Part shown: one piece after another, positions 10,411-20,208 of the stretch
Numbering within the stretch: position 1 is the first letter of the stretch
How the letters are laid out: each line of letters begins with the position of its first letter
Assembly (NCBI GenBank): GCA_034520665.1
Contig: JAXHNJ010000002.1
Span: forward strand, 179,166 to 243,165
Origin: Patescibacteria group bacterium
Lineage (GTDB): Bacteria > Patescibacteriota > Patescibacteriia > JAXHNJ01
Direction of reading: 5' to 3'
Length of the DNA: 64,000 nt
Made by a program: the position numbers and the translations under genes
Notes under the pieces: generated by a model
Told to the model about the DNA's origin: nothing
Databases searched by the model: none
The model's input: only the letters and a program-made list of their open reading frames with translations

Positions 10411-11871
10411 TTAATTTTTTAATTCTTTTCTAAAAAGTGGTTTTTTTATTAATATTATAATAAGGAAAATAATTAGATATATAATTAATATTAAATTAAA
10501 ATCAAAGTTTTCTATGGCAAAAGAAGAGAATTTTATCTCACTTAAAAAACTAGCTGCTCCACTAATATATTTTAAAAGTAAATAACAAGGCCAAAATATT
10601 AATTGCCCCAAAGGTAAAAATATTAAGGAAAAAATTACACCCAGAAAACCGCTGATTAAGACAAAGGGTAAAACCGGCAGAACTAATACGTTAGCCAGAG
10701 GAGCAATTAAAGAAAATCTTTGAAAATAAAAAATTATTAAAGGCAGAGTAAAAAACTGGGCTGAGAGAGTCATTAAAACCGTACTTTTTATATTGAAAAT
10801 TTCCGGAACTTTTTCTACTAATTTTTCTAAATAAGGACCAATATAAATCAAACCCAAAACGGCTAAAAAAGAGAGCTGAAAACCAATATCATATCTTAAC
10901 AATTTAGGATTAACCAAAAGCATTAAACTGCCAGCTAGGACAAAAGCATTAGTCGAATTATTTAACCGGCCTAGATACATAGCCAATAAAACCAGAAAAC
11001 CCATAATGCCGGCTCGCACGGCTGAAGACGGCATACCCACCAAAATAATAAATAGAAATAATCCGGCACTTGCCAGCCAAAAAGCTCGTCGGCGGTTTAA
11101 ACCCAGACCCAAGGCTAAATTCATCAAAATACCGGCAATAATAGTGATGTGGAGCCCGGAAATGGCAATAATATGACTGATACCGGCTTTAGAAAAATTA
11201 TCCCTAACCTCATCGGGAATTTCCTTTTTAAGGCCTAGCATCATAGCTTGCAAAATTGAAGACTGCGGTTGTTTAAGACTGATCTTAATAGTTTCAGACA
11301 TGTGATTTCGTATTTTATATATATTGGCTAAAAACCAAGTCCCCTTATTTCTTTCTATAATCTCTATTTTCGGTTTATAGCTAACTAAATAAATATTATA
11401 ACGACTTAGATAGGACCGATAATCAAAATCCTCAAAATTTTCTGGCTCTTTTATCTCTCCGGTTATTAATAAGATATCTCCGTAATGATATTCCGGATAT
11501 AAACCAGAGGTGATTAATAAATTCTCATTTTTTAAATGGCTTTCTTTTATTTTTACTTTAACTTTTTGATTATCTCCTTTTGTCGGTTCCTTATAAACTA
11601 AACCTTTTAATTTTTGATTATTACTCTCTATTTGGGGCGGCTCTTTAATGCTTAACTGAAATCTAACCAGACCAGCCAGACAAAAAATTAAACAAAATAA
11701 AATAATTCTAAAAATTTTATACTGCCAAAATAAAATTATTAAAAAAATAATAATTATCAATAAAATGAATAAATAAAAATAATTAAAATAAAAAAAGGAA
11801 GCCAAAGCTAGGCCCAAAATAAAAGAAATTAATAAATATAAAAATATTTTTGATTTAGAAAAATAATTCAT
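10411..11871 (-). CDS. comEC: ComEC/Rec2 N-terminal part: DUF4131 plus the polytopic competence channel domain (486 aa)
   Basis: GISHIIAISGLHITIIAGIL...MPSSAVRAG is typical of the ComEC competence domain. Many TM helices are present. It ends TAA-TT-ATG against the MBL ORF, in a different frame. Confidence 0.8.
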   Translation of the reverse strand: MNYFSKSKIFLYLLISFILGLALASFFYFNYFYLFILLIIIIFLIILFWQYKIFRIILFCLIFCLAGLVRFQLSIKEPPQIESNNQKLKGLVYKEPTKGDNQKVKVKIKESHLKNENLLITSGLYPEYHYGDILLITGEIKEPENFEDFDYRSYLSRYNIYLVSYKPKIEIIERNKGTWFLANIYKIRNHMSETIKISLKQPQSSILQAMMLGLKKEIPDEVRDNFSKAGISHIIAISGLHITIIAGILMNLALGLGLNRRRAFWLASAGLFLFIILVGMPSSAVRAGIMGFLVLLAMYLGRLNNSTNAFVLAGSLMLLVNPKLLRYDIGFQLSFLAVLGLIYIGPYLEKLVEKVPEIFNIKSTVLMTLSAQFFTLPLIIFYFQRFSLIAPLANVLVLPVLPFVLISGFLGVIFSLIFLPLGQLIFWPCYLLLKYISGAASFLSEIKFSSFAIENFDFNLILIIYLIIFLIIILIKKPLFRKELKN

Positions 11872-12412
11872 TTATTTTATCTTCATTTATATATTGATAA
11901 GGTTGTTTTGAATACTTTTTTGATAAATTATGCTTTTTATAATTATATTTAATGTAATTAATTGTATTACGGAGTCTTTTTGGGGTATTAATAATGCGAA
12001 AATTAAAACGAGTATGCCAAGGTGAATAAAAAATATTATATTGATTTCGCAATTGATAGCAATAATATGATTTAACAGCATGCATTAGATCAGATATATT
12101 ATATTTACTACGGCTCGTTGTGGCTGCATTTTTAATTTTTCTTTTATTTTTTTCACTGCGGCCCGCTGTGGCCGCAGTTTCAAAAAGAGCAGGCGCAGCG
12201 GCCAGCGCTGGAATAAATTTTACTAACATATGAATATGATTATTTAAAATACTAAAAATATAAGGAAGAAAAAACTTTTTCTTACTGGAAATAAGAACAA
12301 TTTTATATAATAATTTTGCCTTTTTTGTATCGGCAAAAAAAGGGTAATTATTTTTTGTATTAAAAGTAACAAAATAGGGAAATATATTTTGATATATCCT
12401 TCTTTGAGTCAT
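11855..12412 (-). mobile_element. IS200/IS605-family (Y1 HuH, RAYT-like) transposase-like gene, 185 aa. A single gene with no obvious IS ends.
   Basis: HuH motif NNHIHMLV. A C-terminal Tyr-containing helix, NTINYIKYNY, is comparable to IS608 TnpA YIENQ. An Ala/Gly/Arg-rich segment, TAATAGRS...AATTSRS, sits where IS200 TnpA has TAKGRSSR. It overlaps the comEC 5' end by 17 nt. Confidence 0.55.
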
Positions 12413-12480
12413 TAAAAAAAGCGGCTCCTTTCATAAGCCACCTTATTTTTATCTTAAATTATTACTTATAAAAAGTCAAA

Positions 12481-14313
12481 TTATTCCACGGTGACACTCT
12501 TAGCCAGATTTCTTGGCTGGTCCACATGACAGCCCCTTAAAACAGCCAAATGATAAGCCAGAAGCTGCAAAGGAATAACCGTTAATAAGGGTGTAATAAT
12601 TTCTTCAGTCTCAGGTACATAAATAACGTGGTCAGCCATTTTTCTAATTCTTTCGTCTCCCTCAGTAGCTATACAAATAACCTTACCCTGACGAGCCTTA
12701 ACTTCTTCAATATTGCTGATTATTTTTTCATAAATCGTGGAATTACCAGTAGCAATAAAAACCACCGGCATATTTTCATCTATCAAGGCGATGGGCCCGT
12801 GTTTCATTTCAGCCGCTGGATAGCCTTCAGCATGAATATATGATATCTCTTTAAGCTTTAAAGCTCCTTCCAAAGCTACTGGGAAATTATAACCACGTCC
12901 AAGGTACAAAAAATTATTTGCCTTTTTAAATCTACCCGCTAAATCTTTAACGACTTGGCTTTTATCTAAAGCTTTTTTTACCTGTTTTGGTATTACTTCC
13001 AAAGCTTTTAAATATTTTTTAATTTGCTCAGGCTTTTTTCTTTTCAATTCCTGAGCTAAATAAAGCGAGAAAAGATAAAGCGCTGTTACTTGAGAAGTAA
13101 AAGCTTTAGTCGAAGCCACACCAATTTCCGGTCCGGCATGAATATAAACACCAGCATCTGTTTCTCGGGCAATACTAGAGCCAACCACATTAACAATACC
13201 CATAACCTTGGCTCCTCTTTTCTTGGCTTCTTTTAAGGCGGCTAAGGTATCAGCTGTCTCACCCGATTGACTAATAACGATAATCAGAGTTTTTTTACCG
13301 ATTATTGGATGACGATAACGAAATTCTGAAGCATAATCTACTTCCACTGGCACCCCAGCCATTTCTTCAATTAAATATTCGCCCAAAAGCCCAGCGTGCC
13401 AGGAAGTACCGCAAGCTGTGATAATTATTCTTTCAAAATCTTTAAATTTATCTTTTAAGGAGAAAAGTCCGCCTAATACTAATTTACCCTTGCTTGAATC
13501 AATTCGACCACGGAAAGCATTTTTAATAGTTTCTGGCTGTTCAAAAATTTCCTTTAACATATAGTGAGAATAATTTGCTTTTTCTAATTGCTGCAGATCC
13601 CAATCAACTTCTTTAATACATTTAATTACCTTACTATTGGTTATGGTAGATATTTTAAAGTCATTTCGACTCAAAACAGCCATTTCTTTATCGTCTAAAT
13701 AAATCACTTTTTTAGTCTGAGAAATAAGCGGCGTAACATCTGAAGCTACAAAAAACTCATTTTCTTTTATACCAATTACCAAAGGACTACCGTTTTTAGC
13801 TACAATAATTTTATCCGGCTCATCACTGCAAACTATAGCTAATCCATAGGCACCCTCAAGTTGTACTAGGGCTTTTTGTACAGCTTTTTCAAAATTACCC
13901 TTATAATACTTTTCTATTAAATGAGCAATAACTTCGGTGTCAGTATCGGAAATAAATTTATGGCCTTCTTTTATTAAAAGTTCTTTTAAAAGAGAATAGT
14001 TTTCAATAATACCGTTGTGAACTACGGCAATTTTCTTATGACAATCAAAATGAGGATGAGCGTTCTTCTTATTAGGCCTACCATGGGTAGCCCAGCGAGT
14101 ATGGCCAATACCAAAACTACCTTCAATGCCTTCTTTTTTAATAGATTTTTCCAGTTCTTTAATCTTGCCTTGGCATTTACGGTATACCAGTTTATTTTTA
14201 TTAACTAAAACCACGCCAGCTGAATCATAGCCACGATATTCTAAACGTTTTAAACCTTTTATCAAAAGAGGTAAGGTTTTTTTAGGGCCAATATAGCCTA
14301 CTATGCCACACAT
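12481..14313 (-). CDS. glmS: Glutamine--fructose-6-phosphate aminotransferase (isomerising)
   Basis: MCGIVGYIG at the N-terminus is the class II amidotransferase Cys1 motif. Two SIS domains and a C-terminal ...KSVTVE are present, over 610 aa. Confidence 0.95.
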   Translation of the reverse strand: MCGIVGYIGPKKTLPLLIKGLKRLEYRGYDSAGVVLVNKNKLVYRKCQGKIKELEKSIKKEGIEGSFGIGHTRWATHGRPNKKNAHPHFDCHKKIAVVHNGIIENYSLLKELLIKEGHKFISDTDTEVIAHLIEKYYKGNFEKAVQKALVQLEGAYGLAIVCSDEPDKIIVAKNGSPLVIGIKENEFFVASDVTPLISQTKKVIYLDDKEMAVLSRNDFKISTITNSKVIKCIKEVDWDLQQLEKANYSHYMLKEIFEQPETIKNAFRGRIDSSKGKLVLGGLFSLKDKFKDFERIIITACGTSWHAGLLGEYLIEEMAGVPVEVDYASEFRYRHPIIGKKTLIIVISQSGETADTLAALKEAKKRGAKVMGIVNVVGSSIARETDAGVYIHAGPEIGVASTKAFTSQVTALYLFSLYLAQELKRKKPEQIKKYLKALEVIPKQVKKALDKSQVVKDLAGRFKKANNFLYLGRGYNFPVALEGALKLKEISYIHAEGYPAAEMKHGPIALIDENMPVVFIATGNSTIYEKIISNIEEVKARQGKVICIATEGDERIRKMADHVIYVPETEEIITPLLTVIPLQLLAYHLAVLRGCHVDQPRNLAKSVTVE

Positions 14314-14326
14314 GTTATAAAAATTA

Positions 14327-15416
14327 TTATTTTTTTCTCAGATAATATTCAATAAATTTATCAATTTCACCGTCTAAAATTTCTTCTATATTTGACTGTT
14401 CATAATCAGTACGGTGATCTTTAACCATTTGATAAGGATGAAGAACATAAGAGCGAATTTGGTTGCCCCAGGCCGCTTCATGATACTCACCCCGTAATTC
14501 TTCTTTTTTCTGCTGTCTTTGTTTTTCGGAAATTTGATGGAGCCGACTTTTTAATATTTTTAAGGCATTTTCTTTATTTTGTCTCTGAGACCTTTCATTC
14601 TGGCAACTCACAGTAATTTTTGTCGGTAAATGAGTTATTCGAACCGCTGAATCTGTTTTATTAACTGACTGCCCCCCGTGACCTGAAGCCATAAAAGTAT
14701 CTATTCTTATATTTTTGTCCTTTATTTCCACTTCGGCATCTTTTTCCAATTCAGGGATTACCTCTACCAAGGCAAAAGAGGTGTGTCTCATTTTCTCGGC
14801 GTCAAAAGGAGATATACGTACCAGGCGGTGAACACCATTTTCTGATTTTAAAAATCCGAAAGCATAAGAGCCAGAAATTGCAAAAGTAACGCTTTTTATA
14901 CCAGCTTCCGAGCCAACAGATTTATCGTGAATTTTTACAGACCAGCCTTTTTTTTGACAATAACGCAGGTACATTCTAAGTAGCATACCAGCCCAGTCTT
15001 GAGCATCAACACCACCAGCTCCGGCGTGAATAGAAATAATAGCATTATTTTTATCGTATTTTTCGCTTAATAAAATAAAAAATTCAAGTTCATTAAATTT
15101 TTCCTTTAATTTTAACAGCTTATCTTCAATCTCATTTTTTATAGAAAAATCTTCCTCTTTTAATGATTCATTGGCTAGCTCCAGAAGAGTTTTATTTTCT
15201 TTTTTTATATTATTCCAAGTTTCAATTTCTTCCTTAAGCTCTTCAAAACGACGACTTTTGTTTTCGGCCCTTTGGCGATCCCGCCAAAAATCCGGCTCTC
15301 TCATTTCATACTCCAGTTTTTTCTTTTCTATTTCCTTTTTTTCTAAGTCAAAGAAACCCCCTTGCTCGTTCTATTTTTGAGCTAAGATTCTTTATTTCTT
15401 TAATTAAGTCTTCCAT
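14327..15416 (-). CDS. prfB: Peptide chain release factor 2, with programmed +1 ribosomal frameshift near 15347-15353
   Basis: GGQ motif (SGHGGQSVNKT) and SPF motif (RISPFD) indicate RF2. Upstream ORF0, ATG 15416 MEDLIKEIKNLSSKIERARGFL, ends at CTT TGA C and is preceded by AGGGGG. A +1 shift joins it to ...DLEKKEIEKKKLEYEMREPDFW. Confidence 0.9.
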
Positions 15417-15434
15417 TTAAAAATTTTTAGTTTA

Positions 15435-16673
15435 TTATTCTTCCGACCACTGGCCTAATGTGGCCATTAAGTTTTTTTCTTGGCCATCATGCAAAATTTT
15501 CATTTCTATTTGATCTTCCGGATTTTTTTCTAAAATTAACTCAGCTAAAGTATTATCTTCATTAACTTTGGTGCCGGCAAACTCTAAAATAATATCATTC
15601 TCTTCCAGACCAGCTTTATCAGCTGGACTGCCAGGCACCACAGCTAATTCATCAGAAGTAGAGCCCTTAACCAAGAGAGCGCCATAATCAACACTTAAAT
15701 TATTAGCCTTTTTAAGGCTTTCATTAATAATAACATATCTCACCCCGAGATAAGGGCGAACAATTTTGCCTTTTTCTTTTATACTTTCAATATCTTTCTT
15801 AGCTTCATTTATCGGTATAGCAAAGCCAAGCAGCTGTCCTTCTTGAGAAATAGCGGTGTTTACACCAATGACCTGTCCAGCTAAGTTTATCAAAGGCCCG
15901 CCTGAATTGCCGGGATTAATGGCCGCATCAGTTTGAATAGTATTATTTAAAGTTTCTGTAGCACCAGTATAACTCGAGGCCGTAATTTCTCTAGATAAAC
16001 CAGAAATAATGCCCTTGGTCACCGTATTACGGTATTCACCCAAGGCATTACCAATAGCAATAGCTGTCTGACCGATTTCTAAAGAGCTAGAGTCACCTAA
16101 TTCAGCCACTGATAAATCATTGGCTTCAATTTTCAAAAAAGCCAAATCATTAGTTGGATCTTTAGCTAAAACTTCAGCATCATATTTATGGCCATTATTC
16201 AAAACTACCGAATATTCGGTTTCTGAATCAGAAACAACATGTTTGTTAGTTAAAATAATTCCCTCACTGGAAATAATAAAACCAGTACCCCCGGAAACCT
16301 GCTGCTTGCCCTCAGGTATAGAAAAAGGGTAACTGTAAAAAAAGTAATCAAAAGGAGAAAGATTATCATCCTGAAAATATTTAGAATAATCCTTAGTACC
16401 AACAATACTTACTACCGCTGAGTTTATTTTTTCTACCGCTTTAATAGTAGCGGAATTTTCCTCAACTTCTATGGTCGAAGTGTCTATATTTTGAAAGCTT
16501 TCTTGAGAGGTTTCCTGACCTAATAAATTCTTTTTTAACCATGAACCAAGTTTTCCCTCAGAAGCCATATAGCCAAAAAAGGCCCCCGAAGTGCCGCCAA
16601 TTAAAAAACTAATAAGCACACTAATTAAGATAATACTGGCAATTGATTTTTTATTATTTTTTTCTAATCCCAT
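15435..16673 (-). CDS. HtrA/DegP-family trypsin-like serine protease with PDZ domain
   Basis: GNSGGPLINLAGQVIGVNTAI is the catalytic Ser motif. An N-terminal TM anchor and a C-terminal PDZ-like region (ILEFAG) are present. Confidence 0.9.
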   Translation of the reverse strand: MGLEKNNKKSIASIILISVLISFLIGGTSGAFFGYMASEGKLGSWLKKNLLGQETSQESFQNIDTSTIEVEENSATIKAVEKINSAVVSIVGTKDYSKYFQDDNLSPFDYFFYSYPFSIPEGKQQVSGGTGFIISSEGIILTNKHVVSDSETEYSVVLNNGHKYDAEVLAKDPTNDLAFLKIEANDLSVAELGDSSSLEIGQTAIAIGNALGEYRNTVTKGIISGLSREITASSYTGATETLNNTIQTDAAINPGNSGGPLINLAGQVIGVNTAISQEGQLLGFAIPINEAKKDIESIKEKGKIVRPYLGVRYVIINESLKKANNLSVDYGALLVKGSTSDELAVVPGSPADKAGLEENDIILEFAGTKVNEDNTLAELILEKNPEDQIEMKILHDGQEKNLMATLGQWSEE

Positions 16674-16746
16674 ATATTTTAATTTATTTTACATTTATTA
16701 AGATATTATTATTTTAATAATCTGTCAATACAAACTCCATCTAACT

Positions 16747-16786
16747 TAAAGAAAAGAGTCCGCATTAAAGGACTCCTTTCTTATTT
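16747..16786 (-). terminator. Rho-independent terminator after the small membrane protein gene
   Basis: On the minus strand: GGAGTCC-TTTAATGC-GGACTC followed by TTTTCTTT. Confidence 0.5.
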
Positions 16787-16800
16787 AATAATTTCAAATA

Positions 16801-17058
16801 CTAAGTCTGAGGAGTTTCTGGAGGAGTTTCAGAAGGAGTTTCTGGAGGAGTTTCAGGAGTTTTTTCTTCAGGAGAAGTAGTGCTCATAGCGCCTTTTTCT
16901 TTGTCAGAAAAAGCCACAATAAGACCAATGGCACCAACAATAATTTTAGCAATAGCATGCCAGGTTGGTTCAGTCGCTAATTCCCAACCAGGAATTACGC
17001 CAGCTACTCCCATCAGAAGAACCAATAAACTGATAATAATTAGAGTTGTTTTACACAT
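16801..17058 (-). CDS. Small membrane protein (85 aa) with a C-terminal PETP/ETPP proline-rich repeat tail
   Basis: ORF track. Two hydrophobic helices, then ...EEKTPETPPETPSETPPETPQT. A terminator follows. Confidence 0.5.
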   Translation of the reverse strand: MCKTTLIIISLLVLLMGVAGVIPGWELATEPTWHAIAKIIVGAIGLIVAFSDKEKGAMSTTSPEEKTPETPPETPSETPPETPQT

Positions 17059-17233
17059 AATTTCGAGTCTCCTTTTGGTTAATTAACCTGTTTTTAATTA
17101 TAGCTTAAATAGCCAATTTTGTTAATGTTAGTAATATTTTTGTCTAATATTAGGTAAAAATTAATTAAAATCTCTTAAATAATTTACTCTGAAAATAAAG
17201 TATTTTTTTATTTTTAAAATAAATTCCTTCTTT

Positions 17234-17473
17234 TCAAAGAAGTCTTTTTTTGGCTTCTTTACCTTTAACATAATTTCCAACCGAGCCGTTAGATTTTACT
17301 ACACGATGACAGGGAATTTTTACTAGAAAATTGTTTTTATTTAAAGTATTATCAACACTCCGGCTAGCCCTTGAATGACCAGCAGCCTTGGCTAATAATT
17401 TATAAGTGGTTACTTTACCTTGAGGAATTTTCTGACATAAATTCCAAATATTTTCTTCAAAGACTGTACCCAC
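17234..17473 (-). CDS. Methylated-DNA--protein-cysteine methyltransferase, DNA-binding domain only (79 aa)
   Basis: PCHRVV active-site motif, plus an ...NNFLVKIPCHRVVKSNGSVGNY context typical of Ogt/MGMT C-terminal domains. Confidence 0.8.
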   Translation of the reverse strand: MGTVFEENIWNLCQKIPQGKVTTYKLLAKAAGHSRASRSVDNTLNKNNFLVKIPCHRVVKSNGSVGNYVKGKEAKKRLL

Positions 17474-17477
17474 TTTT

Positions 17478-18362
17478 TTAAGGAGTTAATACTGTCGGCA
17501 AATCAACAAATTGATAACCCTTATTTTTTACTTCATTAATTAAATCCGGTAAAAACTGCGGTACCAAATCTGTGCCCACCTGCATGACCACAATAGTCCC
17601 TTCTTTTAAACTATCCAACACTCGTGACTGAGCCTCTTGGGCTGTCTGATCAGTATCCCAGTCAAAGGCATCCACTGTCCAGGTAACCGTACAATAACCT
17701 TCCTCCAGAGCTGTGTCAAAAACTTCTCCCCCGGTTTCTCCATAGGGTGGCCGGAAAAAGGGTTTAGTGCTGGCTCCAGTTGCTTCCTGAAGAGCTTCTT
17801 CTGTTTTTTCTAATTCCTCGGCAATTTCCTCAGAAGAAAGATCAGCCAAATGTGAATAATCATAACTTAAATTATAAACGCCAAATCCTTGATTGACTAG
17901 ATTATTAATATCATTGCTATTTTCTTCAATGACCTCACCAGTTATAAAAAAGCTACCTGGTACTGAATTAGACTTTAATATATCAATTATTTCAGAGAGG
18001 TTGTCAATACTGGAAGCACTATTAAAAGTTAGGACTACTTCCTGACGATCTTGACCTCGGGAAAAAACCGCCGTACAATTTTCTAAATCAAAATTTGTGC
18101 TAACCGGTTCCAAATTAGTATTAGTATTAAGATTTAAGTTAGTCTTATTATTACTGTTAATATTGTCGTTTAAATTACTGGCCGCATTTACATTTTCATT
18201 AGCTGTATTAGTATTAACTGATTTTTTCTCACCGCCAAAACATCCTTTTAATATCCAAATAAAAACAACAATAATTATCAACCAAAGAACAAATTTAAAA
18301 ACTTTTGAACCAGAAGATTCTTTTTTCATACGGTATTTCTGATATTTTTGTAAATCACCCAT
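17478..18362 (-). CDS. Polysaccharide deacetylase (NodB-homology) family protein, membrane-anchored
   Basis: N-terminal TM, an Asn-rich linker, then NodB-like ...VLTFNSASS...GSFFITGE...TWTVDAFDWDTD. Confidence 0.75.
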   Translation of the reverse strand: MGDLQKYQKYRMKKESSGSKVFKFVLWLIIIVVFIWILKGCFGGEKKSVNTNTANENVNAASNLNDNINSNNKTNLNLNTNTNLEPVSTNFDLENCTAVFSRGQDRQEVVLTFNSASSIDNLSEIIDILKSNSVPGSFFITGEVIEENSNDINNLVNQGFGVYNLSYDYSHLADLSSEEIAEELEKTEEALQEATGASTKPFFRPPYGETGGEVFDTALEEGYCTVTWTVDAFDWDTDQTAQEAQSRVLDSLKEGTIVVMQVGTDLVPQFLPDLINEVKNKGYQFVDLPTVLTP

Positions 18363-18366
18363 TTTT

Positions 18367-18915
18367 TTAAGCTAATTTTCTTTTATAAGCTTTGTTTCTA
18401 ACTAAATACAAAACTAATTCATAGCTGCCAAAAAGAACAAAAACAAAAAATAAGTCTCCTAAAAGAGTATTTCTAAAGAAAGGTAAGGCCATAAAATAAC
18501 TTTGTCCCAAACCAGACCAGGTTTTAGCATACCACCCACTGGCCGCCCAGACCGCAAAATTAGTAGTTAAAAAAAACAAAATTGAAGAAGCTAAAGTACC
18601 AGTAATTATTGTGGCAATATTCTTTCTTTTCCGCAAATATAAGCCAAATAATCCAATCAAAGCAAAGCTACCCCAAACCGTCAGTAAAACTCCTATATTA
18701 TAAAAACCAATAAAATAATCACTAATCGCTAAAACAGCTAATGGAATTAATATAGCGTATTTTCGGCTTAAATAAACCCCGCTAAATAAGGCTACAGCCC
18801 CTATCGGCGCAAAATTCGGGGGTAAGTTAATAATTTTGTAAAAAGCCAAAATTCTTAAGCCTACCGCTAAAATCACTAAAAAATAAGGTAATATTTCTAT
18901 AGTCTTTTTTTTCAT
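18367..18915 (-). CDS. Small polytopic membrane protein (182 aa). Possibly a cobalamin-specific ECF-type S component (CbrT-like) or another B12 uptake protein.
   Basis: Five to six TM helices. It lies immediately downstream of the DUF4430 gene and inside the cobalamin-riboswitch-controlled unit. The assignment rests on context only. Confidence 0.4.
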   Translation of the reverse strand: MKKKTIEILPYFLVILAVGLRILAFYKIINLPPNFAPIGAVALFSGVYLSRKYAILIPLAVLAISDYFIGFYNIGVLLTVWGSFALIGLFGLYLRKRKNIATIITGTLASSILFFLTTNFAVWAASGWYAKTWSGLGQSYFMALPFFRNTLLGDLFFVFVLFGSYELVLYLVRNKAYKRKLA

Positions 18916-18937
18916 AAATCTTTATTTAATTATAAAC

Positions 18938-19393
18938 CTAGAAAGAACTTTTTTCAAATTTAAATTCTACTTCATCGCCAGCCGACAGCTCAAAAGAGTC
19001 TACTCCGACCATAGGCATTTCACCATTTACATAATACATCCAGTATTTATTTTTTTCACCATTTTTATAACCATCTATTTCTTTAATTAAAACTCCAAAA
19101 TCAGACTCTTCAATAGTTATATCCAACAATTCATCTTTATCAGCTTTTTCTAAGACATCAAATACTGTTTCTCCTTTACTAAAAGTCGAGATTAATTCCT
19201 TTTCTTTATCCTCATAATTAATAGCTAAAAAAGCCCGGCGCCTGGCCATGATACTTTCAGCGCCAGCTATATCCCCTTCTAGTCCTAATTTATCTAAAGC
19301 CTGGTAAGTACTGACCGTCTGGGCCCCAAAAATAATACCTGACAAAACGGCCACCAGAATAAATAAACTTAAATAAAGTTTTCTTTCTTTCAT
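18938..19393 (-). CDS. DUF4430-domain secreted/anchored protein, a family recurrently found in cobalamin uptake loci
   Basis: N-terminal TM, then ...GVLIKEIDGYKNGEKNKYWMYYVNGEMPMVGVDSFELSAGDEVEFKF, the DUF4430 pattern (YW.Y.VNG). It is directly downstream of the B12 riboswitch. Confidence 0.6.
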   Translation of the reverse strand: MKERKLYLSLFILVAVLSGIIFGAQTVSTYQALDKLGLEGDIAGAESIMARRRAFLAINYEDKEKELISTFSKGETVFDVLEKADKDELLDITIEESDFGVLIKEIDGYKNGEKNKYWMYYVNGEMPMVGVDSFELSAGDEVEFKFEKSSF

Positions 19394-19399
19394 TTTTTG

Positions 19400-19635
19400 C
19401 TCTCCTTAATAAAAAAACCCTGACTTCGGCAATTAAACAAGGGTTTTTAAAATTATTAAATCTTTCTACCGAAGATTTGTTATCTAAAAGGTGTCCTGGC
19501 TTACAGAGGATTGGCTCGTCAGCCCCTTCCCCTAAAAAAGAGTGGTTATGGCCGCCTGGCTTCTCTGCTTACAGTGACGGGATCGCGCCGGATTTGTTTT
19601 TGACTTAAAAGCAAAACGCACCGGTCTTCCCTTTT
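19400..19635 (-). promoter_or_regulatory. Cobalamin (B12) riboswitch with an intrinsic-terminator expression platform
   Basis: The minus strand reads ...GGTGCG...AAATCCGGCGCGATCCCGTCACTGTAAGCAGAGAAGCCAGGCGGCC.... This matches the cobalamin aptamer consensus (GAAUCCGG, the B12 box CCCGCCACUGUAA with one substitution, and AAGCCAGGA). A hairpin AACCCTTG...CAGGGTT plus a U7 tract is followed by the AAGGAG RBS of the DUF4430 gene. Confidence 0.8.
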
Positions 19636-19674
19636 TTTCTTAAAAATTTTATTTTTAAGAAAAATATTTAATTA

Positions 19675-20208
19675 TTAATATTCAATACCTTTTCTTGCTT
19701 TTAATCCCTGGTCAAAATAATGCTTGTTTTTATTCATGATAGTTACCAAATCTGCTAGCTTAATAATTTTATCATGAGCGTTTCTTCCCGTCAAAACAAT
19801 CTCTGTGGATAAAGAATTATTTTTTAAAAACTTAATGAGTCTATCTTTTTTTATTAAACCAAAATCAAGGGCCACATTAATTTCATCTAATATTACTAAA
19901 TTATATTTTTTATTTTTAATTTTTTTAATGGCATAGGCCAAGCCTTTTTCGGCTCTTTCAAAATCTTCTTTTTTTATTTTGCTCTTATCAATAAATTTAT
20001 GGCTACCAAATTGTTTAATTTCTAAATTATTAAATTTTTTTAAGGCCTTAATTTCACTATAATCTCCTTTTTTCATAAACTGTATAATCAGGACTCGAAA
20101 ACCAGCTCCTAAGGCCCTTAAAGCTAAGCCTAAAGCAGCTGTAGTTTTTCCCTTACCTTCTCCCGTATAAACTTGAATCATATTTAGCCTAATGAACAGG
20201 CTGACCAA
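19675..20208 (-). CDS. cobO: Cob(I)yrinic acid a,c-diamide / cob(I)alamin adenosyltransferase (CobO/BtuR family)
   Basis: IQVYTGEGKGKTTAALGLALRALGAGFRVLIIQFMKK is the BtuR P-loop signature. The start may be the internal ATG at 20181, directly after the nrdJ stop. Confidence 0.85.
   Translation of the reverse strand: MVSLFIRLNMIQVYTGEGKGKTTAALGLALRALGAGFRVLIIQFMKKGDYSEIKALKKFNNLEIKQFGSHKFIDKSKIKKEDFERAEKGLAYAIKKIKNKKYNLVILDEINVALDFGLIKKDRLIKFLKNNSLSTEIVLTGRNAHDKIIKLADLVTIMNKNKHYFDQGLKARKGIEY

Noticed and set aside
12105-12215. GC-rich palindromes (CTGCGGCC-cgctgt-GGCCGCAG) inside the IS200-like gene, considered as an inserted REP element
   Set aside because: The segment is in frame and encodes the Ala/Gly/Arg-rich helix that aligns with the conserved TAKGRSSR region of IS200 TnpA. 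It is better explained as an internal duplication than an insertion.
14314-14326. Possible glmS ribozyme upstream of glmS
   Set aside because: Only 13 bp separate glmS from the prfB stop. There is no room for a ribozyme and no GC-rich structured leader.
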